A stretch of DNA of 64,000 bases from Candidatus Yanofskybacteria bacterium RIFCSPLOWO2_01_FULL_39_28. GTDB lineage: Bacteria > Patescibacteriota > Minisyncoccia > 2-02-FULL-40-12 > GWA2-44-9. How positions within the stretch are numbered: position 1 is the stretch's first letter; the number at the start of each line of letters is the position of its first letter. Of the stretch, positions 54,389 through 63,416 are shown one piece after another. Under the pieces are notes generated by a model. It worked only from the letters and a program-made list of their open reading frames with translations, was not told where the DNA came from and made no database searches. The stretch lies in assembly GCA_001794635.1 (NCBI GenBank), contig MGKE01000006.1, forward strand, positions 7,100 through 71,099, written 5' to 3'. Both the position numbers and the translations under genes were made by a program.

Positions 54389-54421
54389 AAAGCCCCCTTA
54401 CCTTTAAATGGGGCTTTTAAA
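54389..54421. terminator. bidirectional terminator
   Basis: AAAGCCCC (54389-54396) pairs with GGGGCTTT (54410-54417), between convergent genes. Preceded by small GC palindromes GGCGAG-G-CTCGCC and CCCAAC/GTTGGG. Confidence 0.6.
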
Positions 54422-54423
54422 TT

Positions 54424-55665
54424 TTAACGACCTTTCATGGCAACCTCAACCGCACGATTTATGAGATCCTTGTTTTTGTAAAATGCATCGTAACCGATGT
54501 TTTCGCCGACTCTATTTGATTCTTCATCAAAGTGCCGAAAACTAAACTCCGGTATTTTCTCGGAATCAATAATTACCAAGTTGACCATTTCTTTGCCGTC
54601 GGCATAAAGACGTGACAATTCATCTTCAATTTCTACAATCTTCCCTCCGAGAATAGTTCTGACTTCCGGATCAACATCGTTGATTATCGTTCTCAAATCA
54701 GTCAAAGATTGTCTCATTTTAGAGATGCGTTCCACATCATTATTAACCCTCATGTATCCCCTAATGATTCTGTCTGTTTCATCGTCAGTTTTTATATCCA
54801 TTGAGCGATGCAAAGCCGACATCCATTTTGAATAGTCATGGTCCATGTAACCTTGTCCGGCGTAGTTAAATTTAGCAACGATAATGACATTACATCTATC
54901 TTTTCTGGCCAAACCAATTGGAAAAGCAGTATAAATAATCCCATCTGTATCAGAATGTCCAAGTTCATTTCTATGAGTAGGAAAAAAACCGGTAGGACTG
55001 GCGCCGGTAACTATTCCTCTAACAAATTTCTCTTTGTTACCTATATCTTCCGGACGATAATTGGTAACCGAAGAAAGTCTGACTCTTTTATTGGTTGCTG
55101 GGTCGCCATTGATATCGGCCACGATTATTTCCACTTTTACTTTAGAATTAATCGTTGCTTCGTAGTCAACATATTTCATTAATAAATCAAATAATCTGTC
55201 ATTAGAAAAAACAGCGTCACAGCCAAAAAATTTCTGTATGAATTCGGCCTCAAGACCCAAAACAGAAAGGGAAGCTGTGCCTTTGGCTAAGTATCTTAGC
55301 CAATTTTTTTCTATTACTTCAAAAGGTATGAGTGGAGCCAAGGCGGCTACAGTCTCAAGGAGTCCCCAAAATTCTAAATCCTTATTAAACTCATGAAAAT
55401 CACTGCCTCTAATACCATAGCTTCTTAATTTCCTTATCCTGCTGATCGCCTCGTATCCGGCTTTCATGGTCCATGGAGCAAAAGAACCGGTGACGACACC
55501 GCCAGATGATACGCCATAAATATGTTTTGGAATTGGCACTTCTTCCTTCAAAGAAGATTCCAAAAAACCAAAAGCAAATCCGGCGCTAGCGGCCAGCCGA
55601 ACATAATGCGGACCCAGAAGCAAACCAATTCTCGCCTCTCTGCTTGTATCCATAAAAACACCCAT
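54424..55665 (-). CDS. patatin-like phospholipase domain protein with long C-terminal extension
   Basis: Start set at ATG 55665, downstream of TTGACT-17-TATAAT (55685-55713, minus strand). GxSxG (GVSSG) and a DG(I) Asp motif (TDGIIY). Confidence 0.65.
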   Translation of the reverse strand: MGVFMDTSREARIGLLLGPHYVRLAASAGFAFGFLESSLKEEVPIPKHIYGVSSGGVVTGSFAPWTMKAGYEAISRIRKLRSYGIRGSDFHEFNKDLEFWGLLETVAALAPLIPFEVIEKNWLRYLAKGTASLSVLGLEAEFIQKFFGCDAVFSNDRLFDLLMKYVDYEATINSKVKVEIIVADINGDPATNKRVRLSSVTNYRPEDIGNKEKFVRGIVTGASPTGFFPTHRNELGHSDTDGIIYTAFPIGLARKDRCNVIIVAKFNYAGQGYMDHDYSKWMSALHRSMDIKTDDETDRIIRGYMRVNNDVERISKMRQSLTDLRTIINDVDPEVRTILGGKIVEIEDELSRLYADGKEMVNLVIIDSEKIPEFSFRHFDEESNRVGENIGYDAFYKNKDLINRAVEVAMKGR

Positions 55666-55717
55666 TATCAAAGTTCTTAATTTTATTATATAGATAATTT
55701 TACTAATAGTCAAATAC

Positions 55718-55752
55718 AAAACCCTCTCCACCAGCTGGCGGATGAGGGTTTT
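55718..55752. terminator. terminator after hup
   Basis: AAAACCCTC (55718-55726) pairs with GAGGGTTTT (55744-55752). Confidence 0.6.
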
Positions 55753-55795
55753 ATATTTAGTGTTAAACTATAATATTTCGGATCCAAAATATTAT

Positions 55796-56077
55796 TTACA
55801 TCTTGATTGCTTCTTTGAGAACTTTGCCCGGTGTAAATCGGGGTTTCTTGGAAGCGGCAATGTGGATCTTCTCTCCGGTTTTTGGATTGATTCCTTCTCT
55901 GGCCTTTCGGTCGGCAACTTTGAAAATACCGAAACCGGTGATGTTGACCTTGTCGCCTGATCGTAAAACTTTGGTTATTTCATCTATAAAAGCATCTAAC
56001 CACTCGGCTCCCTGCTTTTTGGTAACACCAAACCTTTCGCCTAGTCTTTGGGCTAATTCAGCTTTTTTTACTGGCAT
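55796..56077 (-). CDS. hup: HU-family DNA-binding protein
   Basis: 93 aa with GFGIFKV..R.GINPKTGEKI, the typical HU/IHF arm. Confidence 0.9.
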   Translation of the reverse strand: MPVKKAELAQRLGERFGVTKKQGAEWLDAFIDEITKVLRSGDKVNITGFGIFKVADRKAREGINPKTGEKIHIAASKKPRFTPGKVLKEAIKM

Positions 56078-56274
56078 GTTTATATAAAACTTTTGCGTGT
56101 CCAGTTCACCGCCTTCGGCGGATTAAGACAATCGCTAAGTTTTCAAGAAAATGTTTAATAAACTGAAATCCTAATCGACCCTCGGCTATAGGATTACCTT
56201 AACCTATACATTTTCTAGGTTTTATGAGGAAAATGCAAGGCCCTTGTGGATAATACCACAAAATACAAAGGTTT

Positions 56275-57807
56275 TTATCTAGCATACTCAATGGCCCTCG
56301 TCTCCCTAATAACATTAACCTTGATTTCTCCCGGATATTTCATTTCCTCCTCAATCTTCTTGGCAATATCCTTGGCCATCTTGAGAGCGCCAAGATCATC
56401 AATTGTGGTTGGGGTGACGAAGATTCGTAGTTCTCTACCCGCTTGAACTGCATAAGATTTCTCAACACCTTCAAATGAACCGGCTATTCTTTCAAGTTCT
56501 TCCAATCTTTTTATATATATCTCAACGGTATCTCTTCGCGCCCCTGGCCTTGAACCGGATATAGAATCGGCTGATTGGACAATTCGTGACTCAAGGGTTG
56601 CATATGGATATTCCTCATGATGAGCCTCCATGGCTTTGACCACCCTGTCTTCCATTCCAAATTTCTGTAAGATTTTGCGCCCAATCTCAACATGAGTCCC
56701 TTGAACTTCATGGTCAACAGCTTTTCCAATATCATGGAATAAAGCACCTCTTTTAGCTATACCAACATCAGCTCCAAGCTCCGCTGCAATCATTCCGGCA
56801 ATATGAGTCATTTCAATTGAGTGAAGTAGGACATTTTGGCCATAACTGGTTCTAAAGGCTAAGCGTCCCAAAAGATAAGTCAAACGCGGATCAACTGGAC
56901 CAATACCGGTTTCAAATAAAGCCGCTTCTCCTGCTTCTTTTATTTTATCGTTTATTTCTTCCTTGGCTTTCTCAACCATTTCCTCTATTTTGGCTGGATG
57001 GATTCTGCCATCGGCAATAAGTTTTTCTAAAGCCATTTTAGCTATCTGACGCCTAACCGGATCAAAACCCGAAATTACCAATGCTTCCGGCGTATCATCA
57101 ATAATAATATCCACACCAGTCATCCTTTCAATTGTTTTGATGTTTCTTCCTTCTTTTCCGATTATTTTGCCCTTGAGCTCATCGGATGGAAGACTGACCA
57201 CCGTACTGACCGCATCGGCAATCTGGGAAGCGGCATAACGCTGAACAGCCAAAGTAACTATTTCTCTGGCTTTTTTGTTAAGTTCTTCTTTGTTTTCCTG
57301 CTCAAGCTTGAGCATTTTTTTATAAAGCTCATCCTTGGACTCTTCTTCAATTTTTCTAAAAAGCTCTGTTTGCGCTTGTTCCTTGCTTAAACTAGCCACT
57401 CTTTCAAGTTCCACTATCTGTTTCTGACGACCTGTTTCAAATTCCACTTTTAAATTAGCCACTTCCTGGGCTTTTGAGATAAGGTTTTCTTTTTCTGTTT
57501 TGAGTTCTTTAGCTCTTGACTCTAGTTCGTTTTCTTTCTTGGTAAGCAGGTTTTCAATCCTAGCTAATTGGGAATTTCTTTCTTTTTCGTCTTTTTTGGC
57601 CTCTTCTAATATTTCTAGGGCTTTATTTTTGGCTTCAAGAAGAATGTCTTGAGCTTTAGATTTTGAGTCAGCTAGAATTTGTTCGGCTCTTGATTCAGCT
57701 TGAGCCGCCTTACGGCTTGAGACTATTTGCCGTATTAAATAACCAATGATTAAACCGGGCAATAACGCCGAAACTGCCGCTATAAGCGGACTTAAATTGG
57801 AAAACAT
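56275..57807 (-). CDS. rny: ribonuclease Y
   Basis: N-terminal TM helix, long coiled coil, KH domain ([12 protein letters not shown]) and HD domain (LFHDIGKA); 510 aa. Confidence 0.9.
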   Translation of the reverse strand: MFSNLSPLIAAVSALLPGLIIGYLIRQIVSSRKAAQAESRAEQILADSKSKAQDILLEAKNKALEILEEAKKDEKERNSQLARIENLLTKKENELESRAKELKTEKENLISKAQEVANLKVEFETGRQKQIVELERVASLSKEQAQTELFRKIEEESKDELYKKMLKLEQENKEELNKKAREIVTLAVQRYAASQIADAVSTVVSLPSDELKGKIIGKEGRNIKTIERMTGVDIIIDDTPEALVISGFDPVRRQIAKMALEKLIADGRIHPAKIEEMVEKAKEEINDKIKEAGEAALFETGIGPVDPRLTYLLGRLAFRTSYGQNVLLHSIEMTHIAGMIAAELGADVGIAKRGALFHDIGKAVDHEVQGTHVEIGRKILQKFGMEDRVVKAMEAHHEEYPYATLESRIVQSADSISGSRPGARRDTVEIYIKRLEELERIAGSFEGVEKSYAVQAGRELRIFVTPTTIDDLGALKMAKDIAKKIEEEMKYPGEIKVNVIRETRAIEYAR

Positions 57808-57960
57808 TGTTTTGATAAGTTAAGTAATTCTCTTCGTTCATAAATTACTAAACTAAGTTAAAATTAAATCTGATTATATTTTATCAGAAATTATGTTTTT
57901 ATGCAAATTGATGGACGAGCTATGTTGATTACCAGCCAGCCAGTATCATAGATATTTTTC

Positions 57961-58028
57961 GGGCACAGGGTAAATTTCTGCTGAAATTTAGCCTTTTACT
58001 CGGTTCAGCCAACCTCCGTAAATCCCTC
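57961..58028. repeat. third copy of the about 67-nt cassette-flank motif
   Basis: gggcac..taaatttctgctgaaattt..ccttttactc..cctccgtaaatccct aligns at roughly 70% with 41044-41110. Same position relative to a downstream TTGACA promoter. Confidence 0.55.
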
Positions 58029-58078
58029 AAAATATCCATGATACTAGCTGTTACTTGCTTAATGAGCCATGTTTGTTT

Positions 58079-58107
58079 TTGACATAAAATAAAATTAATG
58101 TTAATAT
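58079..58107 (+). promoter_or_regulatory. sigma70-like promoter of the 58146 gene pair
   Basis: TTGACA (58079-58084), 17 nt, TAATAT (58102-58107). Confidence 0.45.
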
Positions 58108-58145
58108 TTGGCACGGTTCGGGTGGTTCGTTTACAAGGAGTTGAA

Positions 58146-58625
58146 ATGCCTGACCAAAACGCTTTCAAAAGTGATGAAGAGTGTCTAGAAGCCATAAGAA
58201 AAAAACAAGAACTCATGAGAGAACCCAAAGGATTTAATTTTGAGCAAATTCTCAAAGAATCTTGGGACAGTTATCATACTGAACGCGAACTAGCTTATGG
58301 TTTTGCTAGAGTAATTATTGGCACAACCCACAGAAAAGACGGTTGGTGGTCACGTTTGAAGATAGAGCGAAGTTTTAGAAATTTGGAAGATGAAATCTCT
58401 CATCTACAGAGTTGTTCTAGATGCAAACGGACTATGATGGATCAGGCACCCAAAGCTTTTGAATATCTAAAAATTGTTCCCCGGGTGGTTACTGTTGACG
58501 ACGGAGAAAAAGCTCTTCGTTCTTTGGCTAAAGCGAATAACATGACCGAGACAGAATTCAGACAGTGGTTTGACAAGATTAGCAAAAAAATCATCAGAGA
58601 AATGAACGGAGAAAAAAATGTCTGA
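58146..58625 (+). CDS. hypothetical protein
   Basis: ATG 58146 behind AAGGAG. 159 aa. The C-terminal helix pair (NMTETEFRQWFDKISKKI) is vaguely HTH-like. No family recognised. Confidence 0.45.
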   Translation: MPDQNAFKSDEECLEAIRKKQELMREPKGFNFEQILKESWDSYHTERELAYGFARVIIGTTHRKDGWWSRLKIERSFRNLEDEISHLQSCSRCKRTMMDQAPKAFEYLKIVPRVVTVDDGEKALRSLAKANNMTETEFRQWFDKISKKIIREMNGEKNV

Positions 58626-58866
58626 AAACAAGAAACGCTGGGAAAAAGAAATTTTGGATAATATTCACAACCTGGATGGCGGAAATCAGAATCCATTTGA
58701 AACTCCGCTTGGTCCGACAAAGGAATGCCTGACCGCTAACCAAGTAGTCGCTTATGTAAAAAATGGGACGAGAGAACCAAAAGTTGTTGAACATATAAGC
58801 AAATGTTCTTTCTGCAATAAACGCATAGATAACTTATCCAATTTAATTAATCACCTAGTTGACTAA
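58618..58866 (+). CDS. small protein with anti-sigma-type zinc-finger (HxxxCxxC) motif
   Basis: Overlaps the upstream stop by 8 nt (ATGTCTGA). ECLTANQVVAYVKNG..VVEHISKCSFC fits the zf-HC2/ZAS pattern. No TM segment. Confidence 0.4.
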   Translation: MSENKKRWEKEILDNIHNLDGGNQNPFETPLGPTKECLTANQVVAYVKNGTREPKVVEHISKCSFCNKRIDNLSNLINHLVD

Positions 58867-58873
58867 CACTTCG

Positions 58874-58904
58874 AACGACTCAGCGCAAGCTAGTCGTTTT
58901 TTTT
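58874..58904 (+). terminator. intrinsic terminator
   Basis: AACGACT (58874-58880) pairs with AGTCGTT (58892-58898), followed by TTTTTT. Confidence 0.65.
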
Positions 58905-58958
58905 GAAAAAAATATCATAGCCCTTAATATTTAATACAAGATACTATATAATGTATTT

Positions 58959-60503
58959 ATGCGACCGGTTGTGCTCACAATTCTTGATGGCTGGGGATAT
59001 TCACCGCAGAAAGTTGGCAATGCTATTGCTAACGCTCACACCCCGAATATGGATTTTGTTTTGGCTAACTATCCAACTCTTTTGCTCCAAGCATCTGGCA
59101 AAGCCGTCGGTATGACTTGGGGAGAATCGGGTAATAGCGAAGTCGGCCATCTTACCATCGGCGCCGGCAGAACAATATTCCAATACCTTAGCCGAATCAA
59201 TAAGGCCATAGAAACAGGAGAATTTTTTAATAACCAGGCCTTGATGGAAGCCGTCAATTTTGTCAAAAAAAATAATTCTAAACTCCATATCGCCGGTCTT
59301 TTAACCTCCGGTTCAGTCCACGCTTATTTTAATCATATTTTAACCCTCTTGGAATTAGCTAACAAAAACAATATCTCTCAAATTAAACTACATCTTTTCA
59401 CAGACGGCAAAGACTCTGGCTTAAAGGAGGGCAGACAGCTATTGATAAAACTGGATGGGTATTTGAAAAACTATCCCAATGTTAAAATAGCTACCTTGAT
59501 AGGAAGAGATTTTGCCATGGACAGAAATGATAACTGGGACCTGACTGAAAAAGCCTACAACCTTATGACCCAAGGACAAGGTGATAAAACCGATAATTTA
59601 ATTCAAAAATTAGACGAAAATTATGCTCAAGAAATTCATGACGGACACATCCCACCCCTTGTTGCTGATTCTGATGGTATTATTGGAGAAAATGATGCAG
59701 TTATATTCTTTAACTTCCGAGAAGATAGTATGCGCCAGATTATTAAGTCTTTTGTTGAAGAAGACATAATTGACTTTGAAAGAAAAGCTATCAATAATCT
59801 GCTTGTAGTCGGTATGACCGAATACATAAAAAAACCTAACTTGTTAGTTGCTTTTCCAATACCTGAAATCAAAAACGGTCTGTCTGAAGTCTTGAGTATT
59901 AACAACAAGAAGCAACTTCATATTGCCGAAACTGATAAATATGCCCATGTCACTTATTTCTTTAATTGTTTACAGAACGAGCCACTTGATGGTGAAACGG
60001 ATATATTCATAAAATCAACTCGGAAACCAGACCAAAACCCAGAAATGATGGCCAATGAAATTCTTGAAAAAGTGCTTGAAGAACTAAAACGTGATTTTTA
60101 TGACTTTATGGTTATTAATTTAGCCAACGCTGACTTGGTGGCCCATTCAGGTAATTTAGAAAAAACAACGCAAGGAGTAGGGATAGCAGATTCATGCATC
60201 GGTAAATTAAAAGACGCTATTTTGGCCAGAGATGGAATCATGATTATAACTTCTGACCATGGTAACGCTGAGGCCCTGGCTTATCACGGCGGAGAAGCTG
60301 AAACTCGCCACAACATAAGCCCCGTTCCGTTTCATATAGTAGTCAAAGAATACGAGCGCCAAAAGACAGAAGAAGAAATAATCGCCTCCCTTTCAGAAAC
60401 AAGGGGCATTATCGCCGACATTGCCCCGACAATACTTGAGATTTTAGGTATTACAAAGCCAGTTGAAATGACCGGCGAGAGTCTCTTTAAGCTTTTAAGC
60501 TGA
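58959..60503 (+). CDS. gpmI: 2,3-bisphosphoglycerate-independent phosphoglycerate mutase
   Basis: LTILDGWG N-terminus, the SEVGHLTIGAGR motif and the C-terminal TSDHGNAE motif; 514 aa. Confidence 0.9.
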   Translation: MRPVVLTILDGWGYSPQKVGNAIANAHTPNMDFVLANYPTLLLQASGKAVGMTWGESGNSEVGHLTIGAGRTIFQYLSRINKAIETGEFFNNQALMEAVNFVKKNNSKLHIAGLLTSGSVHAYFNHILTLLELANKNNISQIKLHLFTDGKDSGLKEGRQLLIKLDGYLKNYPNVKIATLIGRDFAMDRNDNWDLTEKAYNLMTQGQGDKTDNLIQKLDENYAQEIHDGHIPPLVADSDGIIGENDAVIFFNFREDSMRQIIKSFVEEDIIDFERKAINNLLVVGMTEYIKKPNLLVAFPIPEIKNGLSEVLSINNKKQLHIAETDKYAHVTYFFNCLQNEPLDGETDIFIKSTRKPDQNPEMMANEILEKVLEELKRDFYDFMVINLANADLVAHSGNLEKTTQGVGIADSCIGKLKDAILARDGIMIITSDHGNAEALAYHGGEAETRHNISPVPFHIVVKEYERQKTEEEIIASLSETRGIIADIAPTILEILGITKPVEMTGESLFKLLS

Positions 60504-60523
60504 TTAGCTTATAAGCTGGTAAG

Positions 60524-61648
60524 CTATTGAATTATTCCTCCTCCAAGCATTTCTTCTCCTCTATAAAACACTGCTGATTGGCCGGGAGTAACTGATTTAA
60601 GCTGGTAAGCTGGTAAGCTGGTAAGCTGGTAAGCTGAATTACGAAGACTAATAATGACTGGAATTGACTCGGAACGATAACGAATTTTGACTTCTAATTT
60701 GACCGATAATTTGGGTCTTTCCCCAACCCAATTTACTTTTTTAACTATCATGCTTGTCGCTTGTCGCTTGTCGCTTGTCGCCTTATTGGAAACATAGATT
60801 ATGTTCTTTTTTATATCTTTTCCGGTGACAAAATAGGGTCCCTGGCCGTTGCCGATGTTTAAACCATGTCTCTGACCGATAGTGTAATAAGAAGCCCCGT
60901 CATGAGTGCCAACCTGTTTACCTGCTAAATCAATTATTTTGCCCGCCCTTGACTTGATATATTTTTTTAAAAACTCTTTCATGTCTAGTTGGCCGATAAA
61001 ACACACTCCTTGACTGTCTTTTTTATCATGATTGGACAAACCGAACTTCTTGGCCATTTTTCTAACTTCCGGCTTAGTATACCTTCCGATTGGAAATAAG
61101 CAGTGTTTTAACTGCTTCTGGGTTAAAGTCCACAAAAAGTAACTCTGATCCTTATTTAAGTATTTGGCTTTAAATAATCGGTAAATATTTTTAAATTTTG
61201 ATTTGTTATTTTGATTTTTGATTTTTGATTTTTTAATTTTTATATAATGTCCTGTGGCGATAAAATCAGCCCCTTCTTTCAAAGCCATTTTTAAAAACAA
61301 ACCGAACTTTATTTCTTTATTACACATCACGTCTGGGTTTGGTGTTCTGCCAGCTTTGTATTCCCGAATCATATAATCCCCCACCTCCTTCTTATACTCT
61401 CTGGAAAAATCCCAGGTCAAAAGAGGTATTCCCAACACCGCCGCCGCGCGCATAGCATCTTCCCGATCCTGTCTCCAAAGACAAAAACTTGTCTCTTGTC
61501 TCTTGTCTCTTGTCTCTATTACTGGACTCCACGGCTTCATAAACACTCCGACCACATCATATCCTTGTTTTTTGAGTAGCGCTGCAGCAACAGAAGAATC
61601 TACTCCCCCGCTCATTGCCACATAAATTGTCTTGATTTGACTTTTCAT
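60524..61648 (-). CDS. mnmA: tRNA 2-thiouridine(34) synthase MnmA
   Basis: PP-loop SGGVDSS, NPDVMCNKEIKF, KDQSYFL, CFIG and C-terminal TPGQSAVFY..GGGII. Contains four tandem-repeat tracts (listed separately). Confidence 0.85.
   Translation of the reverse strand: MKSQIKTIYVAMSGGVDSSVAAALLKKQGYDVVGVFMKPWSPVIETRDKRQETSFCLWRQDREDAMRAAAVLGIPLLTWDFSREYKKEVGDYMIREYKAGRTPNPDVMCNKEIKFGLFLKMALKEGADFIATGHYIKIKKSKIKNQNNKSKFKNIYRLFKAKYLNKDQSYFLWTLTQKQLKHCLFPIGRYTKPEVRKMAKKFGLSNHDKKDSQGVCFIGQLDMKEFLKKYIKSRAGKIIDLAGKQVGTHDGASYYTIGQRHGLNIGNGQGPYFVTGKDIKKNIIYVSNKATSDKRQATSMIVKKVNWVGERPKLSVKLEVKIRYRSESIPVIISLRNSAYQLTSLPAYQLKSVTPGQSAVFYRGEEMLGGGIIQ
60599..60636. repeat. 8-nt tandem repeat AAGCTGGT x4.75 inside mnmA
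   Basis: aagctggt x4 then aagctg. Encodes SAYQLTSLPAYQLKS on the coding strand. Confidence 0.9.
60752..60779. repeat. 7-nt tandem repeat GCTTGTC x4 inside mnmA
   Basis: Four exact units. The coding strand reads GACAAGC repeats, encoding ATSDKRQATS. Confidence 0.9.
61196..61234. repeat. AT-rich heptamer repeat (GATTTTT x3 plus degenerate units) inside mnmA
   Basis: ttttgatttgttattttgatttttgatttttgattttt. Encodes the Lys/Asn-rich KSKIKNQNNKSKF segment. Confidence 0.8.
61487..61517. repeat. 7-nt tandem repeat TCTTGTC x3 (plus partial units) inside mnmA
   Basis: cttgtc tcttgtc tcttgtc tcttgtc tct. The coding strand reads GACAAGA repeats, encoding ETRDKRQETS. Confidence 0.9.
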
Positions 61649-61816
61649 CAGTTTAATATTGTAACATTAGATTTTATTATCCACAAATTGTTTTGAATTT
61701 AATTTGAATCATTTAAAATAGTTATTAGCTAATAAAAATTTAATCTAGAGTTTTAGTGGCAGCTGAATTGATTAAAATAACAATTTTGCTTTTAATCGCT
61801 AATTCTCTTAGACAAA

Positions 61817-61996
61817 ATGGACGACCATAAATGTAAAACCTGCGGAAAGGGCATGAAAGGCCACTGTGCTGACTGCCAGTCAGAAGAACAGGCCGAAGGC
61901 AAGTGTGTTGACTGTGGCGGCGAAAACCGCGCAATGAAATGCGAGGGTTGCGACGACATAGAAGAAAACTGCACCTGCCCGCCCGACGAAAGTTAA
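61817..61996 (+). CDS. 59-aa Cys-rich protein (four CxxC pairs), not in the ORF track
   Basis: MDDHKCKTCGKGMKGHCADCQSEEQAEGKCVDCGGENRAMKCEGCDDIEENCTCPPDES. A plus-strand terminator follows at 62010-62036. Locally GC-rich. Confidence 0.5.
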   Translation: MDDHKCKTCGKGMKGHCADCQSEEQAEGKCVDCGGENRAMKCEGCDDIEENCTCPPDES

Positions 61997-62009
61997 GGCC
62001 CGCAATTAA

Positions 62010-62036
62010 AAGCCGACCTCTATGGGTCGGTTTTTA
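62010..62036. terminator. bidirectional terminator
   Basis: CCGACC (62013-62018) pairs with GGTCGG (62025-62030). Flanked by AAAAG and TTTTT. Confidence 0.6.
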
Positions 62037-62049
62037 ATTAAATAGTGTA

Positions 62050-63345
62050 TTATTGGGTAAATAATTTCAAGTAACTGATTACTCTATATTTTTCAATAAA
62101 CATCTTGGTTTCGTTATAACCCTTTACTCTGGTTTTAAGACCACCGGTAGATAGATTATATTTGCTCGCCCCGCCATTATATCCCATCGCCCTAACTTCG
62201 TTTAATTGATTCTCCGTTAAACTTTCAAAAACTTTTATAGCCCGAGACCCGGAACTATAAACATTCTGTTTAACTTGGCGTATTTTATCGTCAAAAACTA
62301 GAATTTGAGCTTTAATTGCATTAACTGGATCAACTCTGCCAAATTTAGAGTCTTTTATTAAATTTGCCTTAGGATACAACTCAAGTATCCCCTCCTTTTT
62401 TTTAGGAAGAGTATAGGTAGTCTGCATTATTTGAGCCAATCCAAGAGCTCCAGCGCTTGATACAGTATATCTAAATGATTTATCTCCGTTAAGGCCGTAG
62501 CGTAAGAGAACCTTTTCAGCAACTCGCCTTTTTTCTTCGTCAGTTTTGGCTCTATTCAAAATTGCATCTGGATCAGTTTGTTCAACCAATAAAATATCTT
62601 TCACAAACTTTTTGGAAATAGTATCTACAACTAATTCTCCGGGAAAAGCACGAGACGTTACTTGAAGATCTCTTAATTCTTCAAAAACCGTGTCAACTTT
62701 ATTGTCAACATATTCCTTGCCGTTAACCACTAAGTCTTGGTCATGTAGTGCTTCGGATGGCGGTGAAAAAATAATATCCGAATATTTTGCACCAGTTTTG
62801 TCTTCCGGATAAATTATATACGAATTAGGAACGGAGTATTTATCTGCTACAACGATATAAATGTCACTGCTGTTTGAAGCAATTTTTTCAACTCCCCAAT
62901 CCGAAGCCCAACCATTCCACCAGTTATTAACTACTTCAAAATCTTCATTAGGATCAACTGGTGTAAATCTTGGCAAATCAGGATTACCTTTATAAACTCT
63001 CCTGGCGCTATTGGCTGAATTTATGTCTTTATTTTCTAACCAATACCTTTTCAAAAACACCTCGCCAGTTTCTATATTAAGAATTGCCAACTCAATTTGC
63101 TTTCTTATTATCTGACGATTTTTTTCAACAAACTGTAGAGGTGGAGAATTTTTTAACAATTCCTTACCCTCCTCAACCTTATCTAAAAGATTCCATTGCT
63201 GTACATTGACCAAAGAGGCAAGACTAGCTCTTTGAACCTTTATGCTCCGACCAGATAAAAGTTGTTTGCCATCAAGCTGAATAGCAAAAATCAAAAAAAG
63301 CACAAATAAAAGAAAGAAATTTAATCTGATTCTGTTCTTTGACAT
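62050..63345 (-). CDS. secreted protein with lytic-transglycosylase-like motif
   Basis: Signal/anchor. SSAGALGLAQIMQTTY resembles the SLT-domain S-x-AGA-x-GLMQ signature; 431 aa. Confidence 0.45.
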   Translation of the reverse strand: MSKNRIRLNFFLLFVLFLIFAIQLDGKQLLSGRSIKVQRASLASLVNVQQWNLLDKVEEGKELLKNSPPLQFVEKNRQIIRKQIELAILNIETGEVFLKRYWLENKDINSANSARRVYKGNPDLPRFTPVDPNEDFEVVNNWWNGWASDWGVEKIASNSSDIYIVVADKYSVPNSYIIYPEDKTGAKYSDIIFSPPSEALHDQDLVVNGKEYVDNKVDTVFEELRDLQVTSRAFPGELVVDTISKKFVKDILLVEQTDPDAILNRAKTDEEKRRVAEKVLLRYGLNGDKSFRYTVSSAGALGLAQIMQTTYTLPKKKEGILELYPKANLIKDSKFGRVDPVNAIKAQILVFDDKIRQVKQNVYSSGSRAIKVFESLTENQLNEVRAMGYNGGASKYNLSTGGLKTRVKGYNETKMFIEKYRVISYLKLFTQ

Positions 63346-63416
63346 GATTTCCCTATCTTACTACAAATTTTCAAAAGTCTAAACGAAATGTAGCACTTTA
63401 GATATTTGTTTTCAAA

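Noticed and set aside
61740-61974. Two overlapping minus-strand ORFs (64 and 60 aa) from the ORF track.
   Set aside because: They overlap each other and the plus-strand Cys-rich frame. They lack start context. The regular CxxC spacing and the downstream plus-strand terminator favour the 59-aa plus-strand ORF.
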